This document shows, in pieces, positions 8,178 through 15,494 of a DNA stretch of 29,040 nt. The notes beneath the pieces were generated by a model. The model was not told where the DNA came from and ran no database searches. It worked only from the letters and a program-made list of their open reading frames with translations. This DNA is from a virus (lineage: Duplodnaviria; Caudoviricetes). Position numbers and translations under genes: made by a program. Each line of letters starts with the position of its first letter. The stretch's first letter is position 1. The DNA is taken from positions 1 to 29,040 of IMG/VR virus record IMGVR_UViG_3300037423_000534; one strand, given 5' to 3'.

Positions 8178-8222
8178 CCATCTCACACGAACACGACGCC
8201 CACAGGGGCAAGGAGGCGAGAG

Positions 8223-8561
8223 ATGGAACAAGCGAAGCACACGGCGTCCTTCACGCCGGGACCGTGGGTCGCAGACAAGGTTGTGCAGTTGGAAGGGCGA
8301 AGCGGCTCGTACCAGCAAATTCTCGATGGTCCAGTAACTGGCATGGGATCAAACATTCTGGCCTGGGTCTGCGTTGCACATCCCTACAACCATGATCTTC
8401 AGGAGAGTGGTTCCCACAACGCCCGCCTGATCGCCGCCGCCCCGGAACTGCTTGCCGTCTTGCAAAAGATCGCAGCGTCGGACTTCTACGTCAGTAAGGC
8501 GAGTGCGCTCCGCACCGAGTTGTACGCAGCCATCGCCAAGGCCACCGGGAGCGCGCTGTGA
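8223..8561 (+). CDS. early hypothetical protein (TPGPW...NARLIAAAPELL family)
   Basis: AGGAGG RBS and a widespread phage motif pair. First gene after PL. Confidence 0.8.
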   Translation: MEQAKHTASFTPGPWVADKVVQLEGRSGSYQQILDGPVTGMGSNILAWVCVAHPYNHDLQESGSHNARLIAAAPELLAVLQKIAASDFYVSKASALRTELYAAIAKATGSAL

Positions 8562-8797
8562 GCACGGAAAAGAACGACGGCGTGCCGGCATTCCCGTATG
8601 AATTCAAGTTTGGCGACGGCACGGCTGAACGCGAAATCGGCATGACCCTGCGCGACTACTTCGCCGCAAAGGCGATGTCCACGGTGCTGCACGGCGCAGT
8701 CCTCCCGACCAAGGCCGACCGCGACGAGTGGCTACCGAAGCTCGCCGAGATCGCTTACGAAACCGCCGACGCGATGCTCAAGGCGAGGGAGGCGTGA
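8558..8797 (+). CDS. early hypothetical protein (PAFP...GMTLRDYFAAKAM family)
   Basis: Recognisable conserved phage motif, ending AYETADAMLKARE. Confidence 0.85.
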   Translation: MSTEKNDGVPAFPYEFKFGDGTAEREIGMTLRDYFAAKAMSTVLHGAVLPTKADRDEWLPKLAEIAYETADAMLKAREA

Positions 8798-9009
8798 TGT
8801 CGGTAATCCTCGATGCTGCCGCCCTGCTGGACCCCCAGCGCCGAGCCGACCTGTATGCCACGGACCGTGCTTTGGGTTACGTGCCGGCATACGACCCGGA
8901 CCTTCTTTGCCTGCGCTGCGGGCTGGACGGACACACCTCCGACGAGTGCCGCAGGAGCATTCCGGCTTGGCCTGTCACTGCTTTTGAGATGGGGGTGCAG
9001 CGTGGCTGA
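8797..9009 (+). CDS. small protein with CCHC zinc knuckle
   Basis: CLRCGLDGHTSDEC = CX2CX4HX4C. Start is coupled to the previous stop. Confidence 0.65.
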   Translation: MSVILDAAALLDPQRRADLYATDRALGYVPAYDPDLLCLRCGLDGHTSDECRRSIPAWPVTAFEMGVQRG

Positions 9010-9277
9010 ACAACTCACCGTGCCGATCCACGTCGGCGGCGGCGCCATGATGTTCATCGAGAACACGAAGGCCGATCCTCGCATCGAGTGGTTGCTGCGC
9101 TATAGCCGCGACCTGAATGACCCGCAGGCCGGGCGCTTCTCGGCCGCTGCGGTGGTCGAGAGCTACACGTATCTACTGTCTCGCAACATCAGCACAGCCG
9201 AAGCCATCAGGCGATTGCGCCTGCTGCGCACGGCGGCGCACGCACACGGCTTTGGCGTGGAGGGCAAGGCGAAATGA
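9002..9277 (+). CDS. hypothetical protein
   Basis: GTG start overlapping the previous gene. Ends ...GFGV-EGKAK. Confidence 0.65.
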   Translation: MAEQLTVPIHVGGGAMMFIENTKADPRIEWLLRYSRDLNDPQAGRFSAAAVVESYTYLLSRNISTAEAIRRLRLLRTAAHAHGFGVEGKAK

Positions 9278-9546
9278 GGATGCTCACCGACGACGAATTG
9301 GCGGAATGCTCGCGCCGGTACTACGAGTCCAACATCGACCCGGAGTTGGTGCAGCGCAAGTTCATGGAAGTGAACGGGCTGAGCCTGCTGGAGTGGCGCG
9401 ATGCCCCTGACGTTGGCACTGACTCGATGGGCAAGCTGATCGCCGCGCTTGAGTTCGTGATCCGCCACAGCGACAGCCTCACTCCGTCGGACATCCAGCG
9501 GATGCAGGCGATCCTGGCCGAAGTGACGGGAGACAAGCAATGCTGA
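9274..9546 (+). CDS. hypothetical protein (paralogue of 12928-13158)
   Basis: MRMLTDDE...RKFMEVNGL. ATGA coupling. Confidence 0.65.
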   Translation: MRMLTDDELAECSRRYYESNIDPELVQRKFMEVNGLSLLEWRDAPDVGTDSMGKLIAALEFVIRHSDSLTPSDIQRMQAILAEVTGDKQC

Positions 9547-9797
9547 CCTACGAACAAGCGCTGGAGCGGGTCCGCGCGCTGGAGGCGTACCGCGAAGTGC
9601 ATGAGGCCATCGAAGCCGCCTCCGACATCGAGTGGGAACCCGGCGAGCAAAAGCTGGTGGACATCACCGTGACCGCGCGAGACGACAAGCAATACATCAC
9701 CAGCGCTCTGGGCCTGCCGCCTGCGGTGCTGATTGCCGGCCTGAAGGCGATGGAAAGCGAGTTGGAGCGCATGGCGGATGTGCGGGAGCCGGCGTGA
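9540..9797 (+). CDS. hypothetical protein
   Basis: Coupled ORF with RBS in the early operon. Confidence 0.65.
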   Translation: MLTYEQALERVRALEAYREVHEAIEAASDIEWEPGEQKLVDITVTARDDKQYITSALGLPPAVLIAGLKAMESELERMADVREPA

Positions 9798-9955
9798 TGT
9801 TCGACTTTGACGACATCACCGCCGACGAGGAGCGCGCCGAAGCAGCCGCCGAGCGCCGCCGACTGCGCCCGCACTGGTGCCGCGACTGCTTGGGGCGGGT
9901 TGGGCCTGGATCGCCCTGCTACGAAGAACCGGAAGAACAGGAGAACGAGGAATGA
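9797..9955 (+). CDS. small acidic hypothetical protein
   Basis: TGATG coupling. CRDC...C motif. Confidence 0.5.
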   Translation: MFDFDDITADEERAEAAAERRRLRPHWCRDCLGRVGPGSPCYEEPEEQENEE

Positions 9956-10233
9956 GCGAAGAACTGAAGCTTGACCCTGAGAACCAATACATCGGCGACC
10001 TGATGATTCTGCAAGTTCTCGCCGACTCCGAGGATGTGAACGATCAGGAGCGCGAGGTGCTGTTGCGATGGATTGAAAACTCGCAGCCGCCCGCCTCGCG
10101 TGACGCGGAGGTGCAGAGGCTGCGGGATGCGCTGGCCGAGATCGCGGAAGAGACGAGCGGCTCCCGCAGTTCACTCATTGAGCGCGACAGAGCCTACTGC
10201 ATCGCCAGCGCCGCCCTGAAGGAGCAGCAATGA
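9952..10233 (+). CDS. hypothetical protein
   Basis: MSEELK start with ATGA coupling. Ends IASAALKEQQ. Confidence 0.6.
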   Translation: MSEELKLDPENQYIGDLMILQVLADSEDVNDQEREVLLRWIENSQPPASRDAEVQRLRDALAEIAEETSGSRSSLIERDRAYCIASAALKEQQ

Positions 10234-10580
10234 GCGCAGCGAAGCAACTGCACATCTTGCAGCACAGCATCGGCGCTGACGAATACGGGCGCATCGTGCG
10301 AGGCGGTGGGCGCAACCACTTCGTGACCGGCGAGGGCAGCGACGATTACCCGCACTGCATGGCGCTGGTGGCAGCGGGTCTGATGACGCGCCGCGCCGGA
10401 AGTGCGATCAGCGGGGGCGATGACATCTTCTTCGTGACGGAGGCCGGCAAGGCGCATGTCACGGATCACAGCCCCAAGCCGCCGAAGCTGACCGCGAGCC
10501 AGCGCCGTTATCAGGAGTTTCTGGACGAAGACAGCGACCTGCGGTTTGGCGAATGGCTCAAGAGCAGGAGGTTTGCATGA
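10230..10580 (+). CDS. conserved phage hypothetical protein
   Basis: QLHILQHSIG..EYG...RNHFVTGEGS.D...C.ALV..GLM, SQRRYQEFL..D....FGEWL: a recognisable phage family. Confidence 0.75.
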   Translation: MSAAKQLHILQHSIGADEYGRIVRGGGRNHFVTGEGSDDYPHCMALVAAGLMTRRAGSAISGGDDIFFVTEAGKAHVTDHSPKPPKLTASQRRYQEFLDEDSDLRFGEWLKSRRFA

Positions 10581-10786
10581 ACCGCATCAGAGACGGCATC
10601 CCTTACAGCCCGCGCCCCCGCCGTGGCGACTCTTTCGCGCCGCTGTACCAAGGCGTGCCGCGCATCATCTTCACGAAGCCGCGCCCGTTCTGGAGGCGCA
10701 TCACCCTGAGAGGCTGGGTGTGGATCGTCGGCACCGTGGGGTCTTCGGCGTTCTGGGGCTATCTGATTTGGAGCTTGGGGAAATGA
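10577..10786 (+). CDS. small membrane protein
   Basis: GGAGG RBS and a C-terminal hydrophobic helix. Confidence 0.55.
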   Translation: MNRIRDGIPYSPRPRRGDSFAPLYQGVPRIIFTKPRPFWRRITLRGWVWIVGTVGSSAFWGYLIWSLGK

Positions 10787-10929
10787 ACTGCTGTTCTCAC
10801 GCCTGCCGCGAGGGGCGGGACTGTCCCTCCCGCGAAGCCCGCACCGACGAGTGGCTCGTCAGATGCGCAATGGTCGCCATGACGGCGCTGTTCGTCGTCG
10901 TCTCGTTTCTCGCTGAAATCTTCCGCTGA
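10783..10929 (+). CDS. small Cys-rich membrane protein
   Basis: MNCCSHACREGRDCPSR followed by a TM segment. Confidence 0.6.
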   Translation: MNCCSHACREGRDCPSREARTDEWLVRCAMVAMTALFVVVSFLAEIFR

Positions 10930-10949
10930 ACCAAACAACAGGAGAAAGC

Positions 10950-11450
10950 ATGGCATCCACAGCGCTTACTGCTGAAGAAGTCCGAGCACTCCTTCGGTAC
11001 GACCCTGAGACTGGAGCCCTCTACTGGCGAACCACAGGTCGGGGGCGGCGGCTTGACTGCAAGGCCGGCAGTCTCGACAGGCATGGCTACCTGCAAACCC
11101 GAGTTAATGGGCGGATCTACTTCAACCATCGTCTCGTCTGGCTGTATGTGCGCGGCGCGTGGCCCGAGCAGGTCATCGACCACATCGACGGCGACGTGCG
11201 AAACAACAGGATCGAGAACCTGCGCGACGTGAGCCGCAAGGCCAACCAAGAAAACCAGCGCAGCGCGGCTTCCAGCAACTTCACGACCGGCCTGCTAGGG
11301 GCGTCCCTGCACAAGCCCACCGGCAAGTACGTGGCGGCAATCCAGACGGCAGGAAAGACGCAGTATCTGGGTCTGTACGACACGCCGGAGGAAGCGCACG
11401 CCGCCTACATCTCCGCGAAGCGGGAACTTCACCAAGGATCAACGATATGA
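10950..11450 (+). CDS. HNH homing endonuclease with AP2-like C-terminus
   Basis: YDPETG, HRLVW, IDHIDGDVRNNRIENLR, YLGLYDTPEEAHAAY. Confidence 0.92.
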   Translation: MASTALTAEEVRALLRYDPETGALYWRTTGRGRRLDCKAGSLDRHGYLQTRVNGRIYFNHRLVWLYVRGAWPEQVIDHIDGDVRNNRIENLRDVSRKANQENQRSAASSNFTTGLLGASLHKPTGKYVAAIQTAGKTQYLGLYDTPEEAHAAYISAKRELHQGSTI

Positions 11451-12205
11451 ATGAACTTGTCGTCACACAAGCGGCCAAGCTCGGCGTGCTCTTCGGCATG
11501 GAGGGCGACGGGCGGGAGTTGCTGCAAGTCCTGAAGGCAACCGCCTTTAAGGGACAGGTGAGCGATGCGCAGATGTCCGCGCTCATGGTCGTCGCCAATC
11601 AGTACAAGCTCAACCCGTTCACTCGGGAACTGTTTGCCTTTCCCGACAAGAATAACGGGATCGTCCCGGTCGTCGGCGTGGACGGCTGGAGCCGCATCAT
11701 CAATGGCCATCCGCAGTTCGACGGCATGGACTTTGAGCAGGACGCGGAAAGCTGCACTTGCATCATTCACCGCAAGGACCGCAGCCACCCGGTTCGGGTG
11801 ACGGAGTACATGGCCGAGTGCAAGAGGCCGAACGTCGGCCCGTGGCAGTCCCACCCGCGCCGGATGCTGCGCCACAAGGCCATGATCCAGTGCGCCCGAC
11901 TCGCGTTCGGCTACGCCGGCATCTACGACCAAGACGAGGCCGAGCGGATTGCAGAAGTGAAGACCGTTGACCCGGCAACCGGCGAGATTCTGACCGCGCC
12001 CACCTTCGATGTGGACGGGGCCCTTGCGGAGGTCAAAGCCTGCGCGAGCAAGGACGCACTGGAGTCCGCATGGAAGAAGCATCTTGCCTTGGCTCAGGCC
12101 GCCAAGGATAAGACGGGCTACGCGGCACTCAAGGAAGCCGTGCTGGCCCGCCGGGAGGAACTCGACAAGCCGGAGGTTCTGGAGGCCGAGGAGGTTCCGC
12201 AATGA
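11447..12205 (+). CDS. bet: Red-beta (Bet) single-strand annealing recombinase
   Basis: LKATAFKGQVSDAQM, ANQYKLNPFTRELFAFPDK, VVGVDGWSRIIN.HPQFDG, PWQSHPRRMLRHKAMIQCARLAFG. Confidence 0.95.
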   Translation: MNELVVTQAAKLGVLFGMEGDGRELLQVLKATAFKGQVSDAQMSALMVVANQYKLNPFTRELFAFPDKNNGIVPVVGVDGWSRIINGHPQFDGMDFEQDAESCTCIIHRKDRSHPVRVTEYMAECKRPNVGPWQSHPRRMLRHKAMIQCARLAFGYAGIYDQDEAERIAEVKTVDPATGEILTAPTFDVDGALAEVKACASKDALESAWKKHLALAQAAKDKTGYAALKEAVLARREELDKPEVLEAEEVPQ

Positions 12206-12831
12206 AGATCATCGAATGCCCCCAAGGCTCGCCCGAATGGTTCGCCGCCAGGTGCGGAGTGCCGAGCGCCAGCCGCTTTGCCGCCATCATGGCGACGATC
12301 AAGACGGGCGAAGCCGCAGAGCGCAGGAACTATCGGGCCGACCTCGTTGTGGAGCGCCTGACGGGCAAGCCGCTGGAGGGCTTCACTTCCGCCGCGATGA
12401 AGCAAGGCATCGAGCGCGAGCCGTTCGCCCGCATGGGATACGAGGCCCACACCGGAAACATCGTGCAGGAGGTCGGCTTCTGCCTGCATGACGAAATCGC
12501 CGCCGGCAGCAGCCCCGATGGGCTGATCGGAGATGAGGGCGGGCTGGAAATCAAGTGCCCGGAGCGATCCGCCCATCTGCGCTACTTGCAGCAGGACGCA
12601 GAGCCGCCGGAATACACCTGGCAGATTCAGGGTGGGATGTGGGTGACCGGCCGCGCCTGGTGGGACTTCGTTTCCTACAACCCGGACTTCCCGGAGCACC
12701 TCCAACTGATCGTCCGGCGCATCAAGCGCAACGATGCGGCAATCGCAAAGCTGGAGACTGAGGTAAAGCGGTTTTTGGTGGAGGTGGATGCCGAAGTGGA
12801 TCGCCTTCGCAACATGCGGGAGGCCGCGTAA
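12202..12831 (+). CDS. exo: lambda-exonuclease / YqaJ-family 5'-3' exonuclease
   Basis: QGSPEWFAAR.G..SAS, G.E.EP.AR..YE, SPDGL, LEIKCP, QIQGGMWV, WDFVSY. Confidence 0.93.
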   Translation: MKIIECPQGSPEWFAARCGVPSASRFAAIMATIKTGEAAERRNYRADLVVERLTGKPLEGFTSAAMKQGIEREPFARMGYEAHTGNIVQEVGFCLHDEIAAGSSPDGLIGDEGGLEIKCPERSAHLRYLQQDAEPPEYTWQIQGGMWVTGRAWWDFVSYNPDFPEHLQLIVRRIKRNDAAIAKLETEVKRFLVEVDAEVDRLRNMREAA

Positions 12832-12935
12832 TGCCCTGCACACCCCCCTGCCCCCACTGCGGCCCGCTGTACGCCGCTGCGCTGGAGGCCGTGTCTCACC
12901 TGACCACCGATGGCGTGGGAGGCACCGATGCGTGA
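12831..12935 (+). CDS. mini-ORF (34 aa), first unit of the GV-cassette array
   Basis: TAATG coupling to exo. MPCTPPCPHCG...TDGV-GGTDA. Stop overlaps the next gene. Confidence 0.45.
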   Translation: MPCTPPCPHCGPLYAAALEAVSHLTTDGVGGTDA

Positions 12936-13158
12936 CCTGACGGAAGACGAAGTGCTGGAAGCCATTCGGACCGCCAACCTCGGCGGCAACACGATCAGGC
13001 TGACGTTCGACAGCGGCCCCTACGAGGTCACGCGGACGACGCGAGTTGCCGACCTCCTGGCTCAAGCCATCGTGCGCAAGTTCTGCGAGGTCAACGGCCT
13101 CCCTGAGCCGGCACACAACCGTGGCGTGGACTCGGTTGATGGAGGGAAAGCGAAATGA
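12928..13158 (+). CDS. hypothetical protein (paralogue of 9274-9546)
   Basis: GGAGG RBS. MRDLTEDE...RKFCEVNGL...RGV-DSVDGGKAK. Confidence 0.65.
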   Translation: MRDLTEDEVLEAIRTANLGGNTIRLTFDSGPYEVTRTTRVADLLAQAIVRKFCEVNGLPEPAHNRGVDSVDGGKAK

Positions 13159-13346
13159 CCTGCGTCGTGCTGACGAAGAACCCGAACGGCGGCGGCATCG
13201 TCGCAATCACCGAAGGCGACGAGGGCAACATCGCGCGCTGGGACAACTCGTCCGACGCGCTCACCGACGCCCGCGAACACCCCCTCATCAAGGCGTGGGG
13301 CGGCTGGGTCGTGGACCTCGACTACCTGGAGATCAGCGAAGTATGA
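13155..13346 (+). CDS. hypothetical protein (63 aa)
   Basis: ATGA coupling and RBS. Confidence 0.6.
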   Translation: MTCVVLTKNPNGGGIVAITEGDEGNIARWDNSSDALTDAREHPLIKAWGGWVVDLDYLEISEV

Positions 13347-13404
13347 GCGCACACGACTGTGGCGTGCAGGGCAGTGCAACCGATCAACCGAAGGGAGGCG
13401 CGTG

Positions 13405-13965
13405 ATGGCGCTCCTAATTCACGACCCGCGCGATGTAGAGCAGGTCGTCCCCAAGCGCACTCCGATCACCGAAAGCTACTGGCAGCGCGGCTGCAACGAT
13501 GCGAAGGCCGGACGGCCGGAAAAGTGGCCGTCGAGGGGCGGCGGCTTTGACCGTCGCAATGTGGGCTACGCGAACGGCTATGCCTTCGGATCGGGCGTTG
13601 CAGGATCAAGGACGAGCAACTACCGCGTATCCACTGACCTGCGCGGGCACACCGTCGTTGAGGCGCACATGGCCTGCATCAACGGCCTGAGCGCGTGGGT
13701 GATGGTGGCCGACCTGGGCAAGGAACACCCGGAGGACCAGATGTTCGGCGGGTTTGACCGTGAGGCCATCGGCCAAAAGATCGTTGCCGCGCTTGGCGAG
13801 CGGGGCGTGGACGAATCGCGGCTAGACGCCTACTGCAAAGCATGGGAACGGTCTTTCAGCGCCGCAAACCCCCATTGCACCGTGTCCATGGACCCGGAAG
13901 ACCGCGAGCACATCCTCGCCGGTCTTCGCGCCGCCCTTGGCGTGCCGGAGGTGCCCCGTGGCTGA
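13405..13965 (+). CDS. hypothetical protein apparently built from three GV-delimited modules
   Basis: GGAGG RBS. Modules end ...FGSGV, ...GERGV and ...AALGV. Confidence 0.6.
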   Translation: MALLIHDPRDVEQVVPKRTPITESYWQRGCNDAKAGRPEKWPSRGGGFDRRNVGYANGYAFGSGVAGSRTSNYRVSTDLRGHTVVEAHMACINGLSAWVMVADLGKEHPEDQMFGGFDREAIGQKIVAALGERGVDESRLDAYCKAWERSFSAANPHCTVSMDPEDREHILAGLRAALGVPEVPRG

Positions 13966-14344
13966 GTCCAAACCGCTCAACGGCATCGCCGCCAACTGGT
14001 TCCACGGCGAGGGCGCCATCGCGCAGTGCTTCTACTGCCGCCGCTACTCGCTCGATCCAAAGACGCTCGGCGAGGACCGCTACCAGCCCGTGTGCGAATG
14101 CGGGAAGAAGCACGGCTGGTCCGGCAGCTTCAGGAAACCCGGTCCCAACGCAAAGTGGTCCGGCAAAGCGCACGCTGGTGTGGCAATGGGCGACTGCGGC
14201 AACGCCGAATGCAACTGGCGCGGCCCGATCAGCGAGTGCAGCTACATCGGAACCGTCGGCCCCTGCTGCCCGCAGTGCCGGGAGATTGTCGAGCCCGACG
14301 CCCCTGGCGTGATAGGACTTGGTGGAGCGAAACAGCATGAGTAA
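13958..14344 (+). CDS. Cys-rich protein made of two GV-delimited Zn-ribbon-like modules
   Basis: CFYC..CECG module ending HAGV, then CGNAEC.W.G...CPQC module ending APGV. Confidence 0.6.
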   Translation: MAESKPLNGIAANWFHGEGAIAQCFYCRRYSLDPKTLGEDRYQPVCECGKKHGWSGSFRKPGPNAKWSGKAHAGVAMGDCGNAECNWRGPISECSYIGTVGPCCPQCREIVEPDAPGVIGLGGAKQHE

Positions 14345-14696
14345 CGAAACTGTCACGGCGTCCGCATGCTGGTCTTGCGCGGACGAAGCGGATGGCAAAG
14401 CGCGCTGCGAACGCTGGTGCTGCCTGCCGGGGAAGTGCTTGAGCACCTACCCCGAGTCAACGTGGCCGAGATTCGTGGAACTGAGGTTTCCACGGGACAG
14501 CACCCTTCAGCACCATCGTGATCGCGAGGGGATGGAAAAGCTGCTCAAGGTCAACGGCGTCCAGTTCCTCACAAGCAATGACGGCACGGTGTCTATCGAG
14601 CGGTCGGACCTTCCGAGGTTGATGCGTGGCCTAGAGGGAATTCTGCGAGCACTCGCGCCCCACGTTCCGCCTGACGCGAAGGAGCGCGAACAATGA
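14337..14696 (+). CDS. hypothetical protein with N-terminal Cys cluster
   Basis: GGAG RBS, CWSC...CERWCC...C. Confidence 0.6.
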   Translation: MSNETVTASACWSCADEADGKARCERWCCLPGKCLSTYPESTWPRFVELRFPRDSTLQHHRDREGMEKLLKVNGVQFLTSNDGTVSIERSDLPRLMRGLEGILRALAPHVPPDAKEREQ

Positions 14697-14881
14697 TTCC
14701 CACCATCGAAGACATCCTCGCTGGCCTCGCCAGCGGCCAATACACGGTCGAGCAGGCGCGACGGTGGATCGCCCGCCACATTCAGATGGCCGAGGAAAGG
14801 GTAGCCACTGCTGGCGTGCAGGGGGTTGGCGCCAACACGGTTCCCCATCACACGCCCATGGTCGGCAAGGACGAGCAATGA
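14693..14881 (+). CDS. hypothetical protein (62 aa)
   Basis: MIPTIEDILAGLASGQYTVEQARRWIARH...AGV. ATGA coupling. Confidence 0.6.
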   Translation: MIPTIEDILAGLASGQYTVEQARRWIARHIQMAEERVATAGVQGVGANTVPHHTPMVGKDEQ

Positions 14882-15270
14882 CCGAAGAACTGGAGCTTCG
14901 TGCTCGTGCAGCTACGCCGGGGCCGTGGAAGTGTGAGCAGAACACCGTCTACGTGCTCCACGGCGAGCCGGCACGCAACCGATTCAGCGCGCTAGTGCAG
15001 GCAGGGCGCCGGGACGACGCCGGGCCGGATGAGCTTGCCGCGAACGCCGCCTACATCGCAGCCTGCTCCCCGGATCGGGTGCTGCGCCTGCTGGAGGTGG
15101 TGAAACAGGCGAAGGAACAGTTGCGCCTGCGGGACGAGCGGGTGCACATCGCCACAACGGCGGGCAGCGCAGCGACTCGCACCGAGGAATTGATGAGCAA
15201 CGGCGACGCGACCGAGAAAGCCTGGGCCGCCCTGCGCGCCGCACTGGCAGGGCTGGAGGAGGGGCAATGA
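14878..15270 (+). CDS. Ead/Ea22-like early protein
   Basis: AATPGPW...ANAAYIAACSPDRVLRLL: the ead/ea22 N-terminal motif. Confidence 0.7.
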   Translation: MTEELELRARAATPGPWKCEQNTVYVLHGEPARNRFSALVQAGRRDDAGPDELAANAAYIAACSPDRVLRLLEVVKQAKEQLRLRDERVHIATTAGSAATRTEELMSNGDATEKAWAALRAALAGLEEGQ

Positions 15271-15494
15271 GCAGGATTCCACCGCTGCCCGACTACGCAA
15301 TCATGTGCGACTGCGGAGCGAACTGCTTCACCGCCGACCAGCTCCGCGCCCGAGACAGGCAAATCGTGGAGGCGTGCGCGCAGGTAGCCGAGCGCTTTGT
15401 TGACGCCGAATGGCCCAACGACGACCAGAGCGTGCAGGCATCCAGCATCGCCGCTGCTCTGCGCTCCCTGCTAGGCGAAGGAGAGGGGAAATGA
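15267..15494 (+). CDS. hypothetical protein
   Basis: FTADQLRA...EACAQVAE...IAAALRSL: common phage early-gene motifs. Confidence 0.65.
   Translation: MSRIPPLPDYAIMCDCGANCFTADQLRARDRQIVEACAQVAERFVDAEWPNDDQSVQASSIAAALRSLLGEGEGK

Larger units (their letters stand above)
12911..14818 (+). repeat. dispersed in-frame TGGCGTG (Gly-Val) junction motif delimiting gene/domain cassettes
   Basis: Exact copies at 12911, 13122, 13360, 13938, 14305 and 14812. Variants at 13593, 13803, 14176 and 14660. All are read as xV (mostly GV) in the coding frame. Confidence 0.7.

Noticed and set aside
12911-14818. CRISPR array or classical integron
   Set aside because: The repeats are only 7-18 bp with 130-355 bp coding spacers. 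There are no cas genes, no GTTRRRY/RYYYAAC attC hairpins and no IntI-like integrase.
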